A DNA stretch of 64,000 nucleotides from the IMG/VR virus record IMGVR_UViG_3300015242_000001; one strand, given 5' to 3'. A program made the translations under genes and the position numbers. Below, piece after piece: positions 9,381 through 18,700 of this stretch. Source of the stretch: a virus. Each line of letters starts with the position of its first letter. Position 1 is the stretch's first letter. Under the pieces are notes generated by a model. It was not told the DNA's origin, did no database searches, and saw only the letters and a program-made list of their open reading frames with translations.

Positions 9381-10499
9381 ATGGATTTCTCTATTACAAC
9401 TGTATTTGTTGTACCTTCTGGTAACACTTTGCCGACCACTGGTTCCACGCAGGATTTGACAGCTGGGCAGTTTGGTGTATTCGATAACGCGTATGTTCCG
9501 GCTACTTCGGGTACAGTTGCTACCAAGCCTTATATTTATTTGGCACAAGGTAGGAGTATCGCAGTACCTGGCTTAGGTTCTAAAAGGTCTGATAAAATCT
9601 TCACAAAAAATATACGTCAGTGGTATAAAGTTATCGCTGAACCTCAGATTCCGACTGAAATACTTGAATTCAGTGCATTCAATGCTAAGTGCGAGGAAGA
9701 CCTGACTATCACATTGCGTTTGATGTCTAGTTACATCAATGTAGGTTTCTATAATGGCTTGACTGAATCTATTTGGTTGAAGGCTCCCTGCTGTGATTGT
9801 GGTGGTGATCCTTGTGATACTGTTGATGCAGCTGGTATTCAATCCATTGTTGATCAGTTTGCAGCTAAAATTAATGCACACGCATTACTTTCTCGATTTG
9901 TAACTGCAATCCGTGTTGGTACTGGTGCTACCTCTATACTCCGTGTATATGGTAAAGTACTGGACAAATATGGTAATGCTTGTGAACCTAACTCCTTCTC
10001 TTTTGAATATGATCGTTTGAGCTTCTGGGGTTATGCACATAAAGGCCCTGCAACTTCTCAGGATCTGGAAGTAGCTGATGCTTGTGATACCTTTGCAACT
10101 ATCACCTATGTACAACGTGCTCAATATGGCCGTGGTTCCAGTGATGAAATTGCTCAGTTAGAACATAACTTCTACAGCTTCCAGACTACCTACAAACATA
10201 TCTTCAATCAGACCGGCTTTAATGGTGCTTATGAAAGTTATGTAACTGCTGGTACCTATTACGATACCTACTATCTGAAATTTAAGGAAGAAGATAATAT
10301 CAGTTTTGAAGACGCATCAGATCAGGATGAGACAGTTATTATAGCTGTCCCTACTGGTACTGGTACAGCCTTAGAAGCAATACTGGTTGCATTTGCTGGA
10401 GCTGTAACTGATTACAGTGCTACAGATCGTACCACGACAACTACTACTTCAACTACTTCAACCACTACCACGAGTACCACGACAATTAATATACCTTAG
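9381..10499 (+). CDS. Probable auxiliary capsid (decoration) protein with C-terminal poly-Thr/Ser tail
   Basis: Capsid-like codon bias; DLTAGQFGVF motif; position equivalent to the crAss auxiliary capsid gene; followed by a terminator; 18-residue T/S tract at 10431-10484. Confidence 0.6.
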   Translation: MDFSITTVFVVPSGNTLPTTGSTQDLTAGQFGVFDNAYVPATSGTVATKPYIYLAQGRSIAVPGLGSKRSDKIFTKNIRQWYKVIAEPQIPTEILEFSAFNAKCEEDLTITLRLMSSYINVGFYNGLTESIWLKAPCCDCGGDPCDTVDAAGIQSIVDQFAAKINAHALLSRFVTAIRVGTGATSILRVYGKVLDKYGNACEPNSFSFEYDRLSFWGYAHKGPATSQDLEVADACDTFATITYVQRAQYGRGSSDEIAQLEHNFYSFQTTYKHIFNQTGFNGAYESYVTAGTYYDTYYLKFKEEDNISFEDASDQDETVIIAVPTGTGTALEAILVAFAGAVTDYSATDRTTTTTTSTTSTTTTSTTTINIP

Positions 10500-10528
10500 T
10501 AACTAATTGATTATCAACGTTTTAAATC

Positions 10529-10570
10529 AGCCAGAGGATTAAGGGGTTCGGTCCTCCTCTGGCTTTTTTA
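10529..10570 (+). terminator. Rho-independent terminator
   Basis: AGCCAGAGGA / TCCTCTGGCT 10-bp stem followed by a T run. Confidence 0.85.
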
Positions 10571-10593
10571 TTGAATAGAAAATATGAATCCAA

Positions 10594-11130
10594 ATGCCTT
10601 CATTAGATATTAACATTCAACCCACTCACAACCCAAAAACCATCGGCATCGCAGACGCCAGTATCTATGAAGTCAATTTTACTATTAATTCTCCAACAGT
10701 AGAAATCACTCCTCCAGGTTTTCCCAAAGTAGCAATTCCATTTATACCCAGATCTGTTAATATACTTAACAGCAATAACCTATTTATCACTGAAGTAGTA
10801 GATGAATCGTTTTTGACAATCCTCCCCGATGGAATTTACAAGGTAAAATATTCTATACAACCAGCAGTATCAACTTATGTAGAGAAGAACTTCATCAGGA
10901 TAGATGCTATTAAATGTTTGTACAGTAAAATAAGATTATCACTTCAGTTAGATGAATGTACAAATTGTTCATCATCTGAATTTAAGAAAAAAGAGAAAAT
11001 ACTTCAGAGAGTAAGGTTATTAATAGAGGGATCAGTAGCATCAGCAAATATATTCGATGATTTGGATGCAATGAAGAAATATAAACAAGCACAAGAACTA
11101 CTTAGATCGATATCAAATTGTGAATGTTAA
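10594..11130 (+). CDS. Conserved crAss-like virion protein (hypothetical)
   Basis: 178-aa ORF; LPDGIYKVKYSIQP motif; Cys cluster at C-terminus. Confidence 0.6.
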   Translation: MPSLDINIQPTHNPKTIGIADASIYEVNFTINSPTVEITPPGFPKVAIPFIPRSVNILNSNNLFITEVVDESFLTILPDGIYKVKYSIQPAVSTYVEKNFIRIDAIKCLYSKIRLSLQLDECTNCSSSEFKKKEKILQRVRLLIEGSVASANIFDDLDAMKKYKQAQELLRSISNCEC

Positions 11131-11142
11131 AACCAAATAATT

Positions 11143-11295
11143 ATGGGATGCGGATTAGTAAGTTGTCCTGTTCCGGCATGCGGGAACCAACTCAAACAAT
11201 GTCAATTAATTGAAGGAGTATGTCCTTCATGTCATGCAAAAGGTCTTAGACCAAGAATAAAAGCAATCATTAAATCATTCCTCTCTTGTTTTTAG
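11143..11295 (+). CDS. Small Cys-rich protein (50 aa, not in ORF track)
   Basis: Hand translation: MGCGLVSCPVPACGNQLKQCQLIEGVCPSCHAKGLRPRIKAIIKSFLSCF; ATG after an A-rich leader; fills the gap between genes. Confidence 0.65.
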   Translation: MGCGLVSCPVPACGNQLKQCQLIEGVCPSCHAKGLRPRIKAIIKSFLSCF

Positions 11296-11558
11296 ATTTT
11301 TACATATTAGATAAGAAGAAAGTCAAGCCACTATCTGTTTTATTACAGGAGATAGATAATAAAATTATCAAAATCTCATCAGTCGAGAGTAATAATATCA
11401 GGTTGGGGATGGATAACAAAGTCAATTATGATCTTTACGAAGATTTAACTTTTTATAAAGAAGTCTTAATTGAAAAGATATGCGACTCAGGTTGTATCCC
11501 TTATCCAATCGGTAAAATAATTTCAAAGATACATCAGTTACTAAATCAAAGTTGTTAA
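11286..11558 (+). CDS. Small helical virion-associated protein (TTG start)
   Basis: 90-aa ORF in a contiguous + strand operon; start codon uncertain. Confidence 0.5.
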   Translation: MFLDFYILDKKKVKPLSVLLQEIDNKIIKISSVESNNIRLGMDNKVNYDLYEDLTFYKEVLIEKICDSGCIPYPIGKIISKIHQLLNQSC

Positions 11559-11561
11559 TCA

Positions 11562-12695
11562 ATGGGATCTGGATGCACTCAAAATAATCCTTCCAAAAAC
11601 TGTTTAAATCCGGTTTCTTCCAATTGTGTAAAATACGAAGGAGATCCAGTTCCCGCATTAGGCATCTGTACGGGAGATACAATTACGGAAGTAGAAACTG
11701 CAATAATTAATAAGTTATTGGCAGCATTGGAAGGTACTGGTATTACTTTACCCCAAGTAACACTTGAAAATTGTCCCTATTTAAAAGTACTATTTGCTGG
11801 TAAAGATAAAACAATTACCAATTTAGTACAGCTATTAATAGATTCTGATTGCAACTTAAAAGCGTTAATTGATCAGATAAACAGTAAAATAAATCAAACA
11901 GGGAATAATACAATATTTGATTTAAAATGTTTAAGTGTCCCAGCTTCTCCCGTAACCGTCGATAAAATTATACAAACCCTCATTGATGCAAATTGTGTCT
12001 TAACAACAAGAGTTACAAACCTAGAAGGAGGAAATGTCGATAATACAATAATAAATCAAATAGTTAACACTCTCCTCAATGATCTAATTACTGGCCCTAC
12101 TGGTGTCAAAAAGACCGTTACAAATGGTGTTGCACATTATGAGATGCTGGGGATGGTTCCTATAGGTGGAGCTATTCCATACGATGGTCCACTATCAAAT
12201 TTTGACATAGATGGTCAAGGAAGGACTGGGACGGAAGTGGAAAATTGGCGTATATGTAATGGTAAAGGAGGAACAAAGGATTGGAGAGGTGTTACTTTAG
12301 TTGGAGCAATCCAAGGGGTAGGTGGCGATACATTATCTGGAAACGTTGATCCTTTAGCCAACCAAGATGCAACAATGAACTATGCTGTAGGTGATCGTGG
12401 TGGGTTTACGAAGGTAACAATAACAAAAGATCAACTACCCAACTATCAAATTACTACTACCGATGTAAAGGTAACTTCTAAAATAAACCTCATTAAGAAA
12501 TGGGGGAGAATGCAAGATTCTAACTCTAGGATTTACAGCTTAGGGGATGATTACACTGGCGGTAACCCCACTCCCATTTCAATAAACCTGGATAATGTTT
12601 TGGGGTCAGTGAAGTTTAATACTGGCGGTGGTGGTAAAGAACATGAAAATAGAATGCCTTATGAGGCAGTAATATATATTAAAAGAGTAAAATAA
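11562..12695 (+). CDS. Fibre/hub protein with C-terminal phage tail-collar domain
   Basis: MVPIGGAIPY...WRICNG...DWRG...GG..VTITKDQLP...HENRMPY collar motifs; N-terminal CVKYEG module. Confidence 0.7.
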   Translation: MGSGCTQNNPSKNCLNPVSSNCVKYEGDPVPALGICTGDTITEVETAIINKLLAALEGTGITLPQVTLENCPYLKVLFAGKDKTITNLVQLLIDSDCNLKALIDQINSKINQTGNNTIFDLKCLSVPASPVTVDKIIQTLIDANCVLTTRVTNLEGGNVDNTIINQIVNTLLNDLITGPTGVKKTVTNGVAHYEMLGMVPIGGAIPYDGPLSNFDIDGQGRTGTEVENWRICNGKGGTKDWRGVTLVGAIQGVGGDTLSGNVDPLANQDATMNYAVGDRGGFTKVTITKDQLPNYQITTTDVKVTSKINLIKKWGRMQDSNSRIYSLGDDYTGGNPTPISINLDNVLGSVKFNTGGGGKEHENRMPYEAVIYIKRVK

Positions 12696-14071
12696 TGCCT
12701 TGTACTAATACAAATAGTCAATCTCTAGGATATTACCCAAACACAACCGGATGTGTCAATTGCCCATCCCCTTGTCCTGAAGGGTGTGATGCAAAAGATG
12801 CTTCTTGTGTACTTTATACAGGAGCACCTTTGAATTGTATTGGAGCAGATTCTAATACAAATTTAGAGGTTATTTTACAATTAATAGATTCGAAGGTTTG
12901 CACTACTCTAGGGGATTTTAGCGGATACAATTTCTACTGTTTAATAAATTCTGGCCCTATAAATACTCAACAGCAATTTGTTGAGCGTATTTCTCAATTT
13001 GCTTGTCAAACAAGAACAGACTTTGATACTTTTACAAGTACGACTTATGTAAATGGTCTAAGTAATTTACAGACTCAGATAAACAGTCTGAATAATCCCG
13101 GTATAACTTCCTGTGCAGAATTAAATATTCAAAGTTCAGATGATCAAAATGTCGTTTTAACAAAACTTTCTAATGGTGCATGTGCTATTTATGATGCAAT
13201 TGATCCATCTTCAGCAAACTGGTCACAGTGTTTTACTTTAGTTGGGGATGCTCCAGCTAACATAGTAGAAGGGTTTAATACTGTATTGGATCAAATTTGT
13301 CAATTGAAGAATGGTGGAGCAAGTGCGTCTCTCCCTACCTTCAATAATGTGGGCAGTTGTTTAGCAACTCCTGTTACAGCAACTGACAGTCTAGTCGATA
13401 CTGTTAATAAAATTAAAATAAGACTTTGTCTATCCCCCACTTTCAATGCTGCAAATCTTACAGCAGCTACTTGTGTATCCTATAGTTCATCTTCCACTTT
13501 AGAACAGGTATTGAATGCTACTATATCACAAGTAAACACTTTAAGTACGGAAACAATACGGGGATTTAATAATTCACAATTTATAGTAACCCCCATAGAT
13601 TCCAGTCAACCTTGCCTGGGAAATAAAATATCACTTGCTGTCGCAAATATTGATAGACTGGTGGCTTTGAATTCAGCAGATATTACTCCAAGCACATTGG
13701 ACAATAAATTTGTAGCTGGTACTAATGTTACTTTAGATTTTGGAGTTGCGAATGCTGGAAAAGTAACCATTAATGCTATCGGAGGTTCTTCTGCTGATGA
13801 AAAGGTTAAAGTAAATAGCACTGATACTACCGCTGATTATTTACAAAATAAGATAGTGGGAAGTACAGATATGGTTTCTATCAATGTATTTCCCTTCAAT
13901 TCAGATTCTCAGTTAAAGGTTTCAGCAAACTTGGATTTGGAAGCAATAATAGATTCTATAATACAAGAACTTACAGATAATGAAGAACTTAAAATCAAAT
14001 TCTGTACACTAATATCATCTTGCCCCTCTCCTTGCGATCCTCCTACTAATGTACAAGTTATACCCGCATAA
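12695..14071 (+). CDS. Cys-rich virion structural (hub/fibre) protein
   Basis: 458 aa; CVLYTG module; coiled-coil segments; TAATG coupling at both ends. Confidence 0.6.
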   Translation: MPCTNTNSQSLGYYPNTTGCVNCPSPCPEGCDAKDASCVLYTGAPLNCIGADSNTNLEVILQLIDSKVCTTLGDFSGYNFYCLINSGPINTQQQFVERISQFACQTRTDFDTFTSTTYVNGLSNLQTQINSLNNPGITSCAELNIQSSDDQNVVLTKLSNGACAIYDAIDPSSANWSQCFTLVGDAPANIVEGFNTVLDQICQLKNGGASASLPTFNNVGSCLATPVTATDSLVDTVNKIKIRLCLSPTFNAANLTAATCVSYSSSSTLEQVLNATISQVNTLSTETIRGFNNSQFIVTPIDSSQPCLGNKISLAVANIDRLVALNSADITPSTLDNKFVAGTNVTLDFGVANAGKVTINAIGGSSADEKVKVNSTDTTADYLQNKIVGSTDMVSINVFPFNSDSQLKVSANLDLEAIIDSIIQELTDNEELKIKFCTLISSCPSPCDPPTNVQVIPA

Positions 14072-15417
14072 TGGCTTTTGTAACCAGGAATGTAACATTT
14101 AACCCGACTGCTGGGTCTACTGGTACTCTTATCGAATATAAGAAGTATGGGGAGACTATGTGGGTAGTACCAACCGTTCCATCGAATCCCACCTCTTTAA
14201 CTACATATCCGTTGAGTTTAGAGGAAGGATATAGTTATTATATAAGAGCTTCGGCGATTGGTCTAAACTGTTCAAAAGGATCAGTAATCACTACTGTAAG
14301 TATTCCTGCAATTACCACCACTACAACCACTTCTTCGACGACAACCACCACTACTACTGGTATACCAATTCCGGTACAGGAGATAATAAATCTGGGAACC
14401 CCCAATGGAATAGCATTTAATCAGAATAATAATAGAATGTATTATATAGACTTCGATACTATAGGTACGCTGTCTATAACTGATGGTGGAGTAGGGTATT
14501 ATAATCCGTTAACTGCAACTAGTATTTCCGATATCACTTATCCTGTATCTGCAAGAGGAATGATGCTTGAACACATGGCATATGATTCCACAAACAATAA
14601 GTTATTCATTCATGGTAGGAAGTCCGGAGGCATGTTAATTTATAATTGCGCTACAAATATTGTAGATACAACTATTGCATATGGTTCCAATGGGAATTCT
14701 GTAGCAACCCGCCAAAAGGTTTATTCAATAGGTAATAGAATATATGGAGGCTACTCTGCTATTGGGGGTTTCGTAGTGGTAGATCCTACAACTAATACAA
14801 GGTTGACTGATTTTATACCCCCCAATACAGGCTCATTTGCAACCTTTAGAATGGTAGTAGCAGGATCAGAGCTTTGGTTATTCGAAACATCTTCCGCATC
14901 AACCCCGTCTAGGGTACTGATATACTCAATGTCTGATCTCTCTTCCCCTATAGCAACAATTAATAATATTGATACTGTTCAGATACCAGGAGGCACATAT
15001 GAAATATCAGATAGTATTTATTATGATGCACCTACAAATAGTGTATGGTTTGTTTCTTTTGGAAGTTTGCAAATAATAGCAATAAGTGCATCATCCAGAA
15101 CTATAATTCACACTACAACTATTCCATCTGAAGGTAAGGCTATGGCTTTAATGAATCCAGTTTACAGACAAAGCAGCGATACTCTTTATATGAGTGGTAT
15201 ACTTGCTAATTCATTTACAGATTCCGGCTTACCAAGAATTTACCAAATAGATAAAACTACTGGTAATATCATCGCAACATTTACAACATTCTCAATCGGA
15301 TCATTAACATATTGTCCTCTGAATAATAGCAATTATGCTGTTGTACCCGGATTAGCCAGTTACAGTATCCCCAATACCGGATATGACACAGACGGTAAAA
15401 TAATAACTTATAATTAA
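14071..15417 (+). CDS. FN3/Ig-like domain, Thr linker and beta-propeller protein
   Basis: N-terminal EYKK..W...YYIRA; T/S tract at 14314-14358; repeated blades (IAFNQNNNRMYY, MAYDSTNNKLFI, IYYDAPTNSVWF). Confidence 0.6.
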   Translation: MAFVTRNVTFNPTAGSTGTLIEYKKYGETMWVVPTVPSNPTSLTTYPLSLEEGYSYYIRASAIGLNCSKGSVITTVSIPAITTTTTTSSTTTTTTTGIPIPVQEIINLGTPNGIAFNQNNNRMYYIDFDTIGTLSITDGGVGYYNPLTATSISDITYPVSARGMMLEHMAYDSTNNKLFIHGRKSGGMLIYNCATNIVDTTIAYGSNGNSVATRQKVYSIGNRIYGGYSAIGGFVVVDPTTNTRLTDFIPPNTGSFATFRMVVAGSELWLFETSSASTPSRVLIYSMSDLSSPIATINNIDTVQIPGGTYEISDSIYYDAPTNSVWFVSFGSLQIIAISASSRTIIHTTTIPSEGKAMALMNPVYRQSSDTLYMSGILANSFTDSGLPRIYQIDKTTGNIIATFTTFSIGSLTYCPLNNSNYAVVPGLASYSIPNTGYDTDGKIITYN

Positions 15418-15418
15418 T

Positions 15419-15664
15419 ATGCCCGACGCTTCAACAGGAACCACCACTATAAAATTTGGATCAGTGCTAAGGATAGGCTATAGACCCTTTGGCTCTACGG
15501 CCGCATTTACATATATTCTGAGTTATCCCGGACCAAATGATCTCCCTCATACTTTTTCAGTACCTACAGCAGGTACATGGGAAATAGAGTATACTGAAAT
15601 ATGTTCCTCATGTGCAAATAATAAATATTCTACCCCTATAGTCGAAACTATTTCTCTTTCCTAG
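15419..15664 (+). CDS. Small Ig/FN3-like beta protein
   Basis: 81 aa; alternating beta pattern (LRIGYR, WEIEY); precedes a terminator. Confidence 0.5.
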   Translation: MPDASTGTTTIKFGSVLRIGYRPFGSTAAFTYILSYPGPNDLPHTFSVPTAGTWEIEYTEICSSCANNKYSTPIVETISLS

Positions 15665-15708
15665 AGAACCATATTCGGGTTTTTGGTTTCCCTGAATAAT
15701 AGGTGAAC

Positions 15709-15741
15709 GAGGGGAAATTTCTACTTCCCCTCTATTTTTTT
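15709..15741 (+). terminator. Rho-independent terminator
   Basis: GAGGGGAA / TTCCCCTC stem followed by TATTTTTTT. Confidence 0.8.
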
Positions 15742-15761
15742 AAATACGTAATGTAAAATAT

Positions 15762-18700
15762 ATGCTAATCCCAACAAATGGTTGTTTGATCATAATGCCA
15801 GGACAATGTGTTAGATACACAGGTCCAGATACTCCCTTTTTACATATTCACAATGGGATGAATCTTAATGAGATAATTGGCATTATTGATGCAGCTATTG
15901 CGGCAGGGGGAATAACCACGACAACTACTTCCACTAGTACTACTTCAACTACCTCATCAACCACTACTACTACAACTACGATTAATACCATCCCTGTAAC
16001 AGTAAGTTATTTGGATGCAAGTAATGTTACTTCATATCAAGTACAATTGATACAGGGTAGTAACGTAATAGGTAACTATTTGGTAAATACCCCTACAGGA
16101 TCAGATTTCACGAATCTAAATATTCCTCCTGGTATATATGATGTAAGAGCTATTGTTAATCTTTCAAGTAATCAAAGAGTATTACAGTTTCAATCAAACT
16201 CCATTACTCCAGTAATTGATACAACATTTACTTCAAGTATAAACAGGCTGTTTTCTGGAAGGTTGATCACTAATCCAAGCCAATTGGTATTGAGTGATTT
16301 GGGTAATACTACAACGACATCGACTACTACCACAACGTCTACGACTCAACCTCCGACGACTACCACTACTACAAGTTCTTCAACCACCACTACAACTACT
16401 ACAGCTCCTCCAACAACAACGACTACTAGTACATCTACTTCCACAACCAGTACTTCTTCAACCACCACAACGAGTTCAACAAATTCACAAGGAGGTAATG
16501 TTTATACAATTGTCGGAACGAATAATACACTCTCTATAAATGGTGCTCAGTATGCTTGCGGTGATACAATAATTCTTTCTGGTTCATTTAAAGCCGTAGA
16601 GTTTGTAAACCTTAATGGATGTAATGGTAATTACATAACAGTAACAAACCCCGTTGGTCAGACAACTTTCATTGGAGATACAGCATGGAGCAGTGGATCT
16701 TGGTCAACAGCATTTGCATTTAGAAATTGTCATTACGTAAGACTTGTAGGTACTACCAAGAATAATTTCATAGTAAATGGTTCACTTACTGCTACCAGAA
16801 CTGCGTATTTCAATTTAGCAATTGTAGCCCTCTCTGATAATTTTGAAGTATCAAATATTACTATACAAGATGGTGGTACTGGATTGTATGCTAAAACTGA
16901 ACCAGTTCCTGGGGATGCAAATACATATGATCCTGTTGGCGGTCCTTATACTTATCTGAATAACTTCAAATTCCATGATGTAAACATCATAAATACTTAC
17001 AATGAGGCTACTTATATAGGTCACACTGGTCCGTATTGGGATTTAACATCTAATACTCAGTTTAACGGTACTCAGTCTCAATTTGTGCCCGGTCATAGTT
17101 ACGCCGAACCTAAACGTTTAAATAACGTAGAAGTCTACAATATTTATGCTGAAGGATCTGGAGCTGATGGTATTCAAACCGCAGCTGCTGAAAACATGGT
17201 TATCCACCATTGTGAAGTAAACACTTGGGCAATAAGACAAGATCCTAACCATTGCGGAGGTATATTAATAGGTGGAAAATGTAGAAATGTAGAAGCCTAT
17301 TGCAACTATGTACATGATGGATGGGGAGAATTACTGCAAATCTCTAGTGCAGATGGTACAGGTGGAGCTTTCATGAAAATCCACAACAACCTATTCAAAA
17401 ACAACTTTATAACAAATGGTGGAAATGATGGTTGTACATTTAAAGGAACCAATGGTTTAATTGTACAATTCTATGATAATACCGTTGTTCAAACTGGTGG
17501 AAACAATTTAAGATTCTATACTGGTAATGGACATTTAATAAACAGGAATGTACTTATTCAGCCGAGAATGGCAGGTGGTACGATTTCCAGTAGAGCATAT
17601 ATCTATGATGAACCTGGAGTAACCTGGATAGAAGGTACTGGTGCTAATTCAAATGGTAAATACCCCGACATCGCAACTGCAAACGTTGATCCGCTGAATT
17701 GGTATCAGCCGAATTCTGGATCTCCTGCTATTGGAAAAGGATATGTGAGAGGAGTATGTGATGGTACAGGTACAACAACTACCTCTACTTCCAGTACGAC
17801 TACTACAACTACTACATCAGGTGGTCCCACAACAACGACAACTTCAACCAGTACATCAAGCACTTCCACTACAAGTACTTCGTCTACTTCTAGTACGACT
17901 ACTACTTCAACAACGAATCCTCCCGGAACCGCATCGTTTACAAAAGTGAATGGCTGGTGGACTGGAGCACCTTCTGCACAATACGGATGGTTATACTTAC
18001 CGGCAGATTATAGTCCTGTAGGTCCGGCATTCCCCTTTGTGATATTCTTACATGGTCAAGGTGAAACTGGTACTGGTTCTGGAGCTGGTGGAGCAGATGA
18101 TTTGTTAGTAGCTGGTCCTCCTAAATTCCTCAATGCTGGAGATAGGCCAACAGGGGTTGTTATATTCTGTCCCCAAACGTCTATTAATACATGGGAACCT
18201 AACTGGGTAGAATCTGCAAGGCAGTTTGTATTGAGTCATTATAATGTAGACGTTAATAAGTTCTATTTAACAGGATTGTCATTGGGAGGATCTGGAACTG
18301 CTAAATATACAGGTCAGAATCCTGATAAAGTAGCTGCATTCCTTTGTGCCACTGCTGATACACAATACTTGAGAAACGGTGCTGAAGATGACGTGATAAA
18401 TGGAATTAGGGTAGCGGATGTACCTGGATGGGTATTGGCTGGCGTAGCGGATACTACCATATCATTCAATAACTGTTATGGTTATATGACTGCTGGTAAT
18501 TCTCTTGCAACTAAACCTACTTATCCTCCTTTAGTAAATACTTTCTGGGGAGTTACCCATAGTGCATCTTTGTGGGATACTCAAGTATATAATAGAAAAA
18601 ATAGAACGGATGCAACTGGTACAGCTGCTTTTGATTATATAGCATGGTTTAAGAGATTCAAATCAAATGATTTAGAGTTTGGTGCTACCTCACATGTAGT

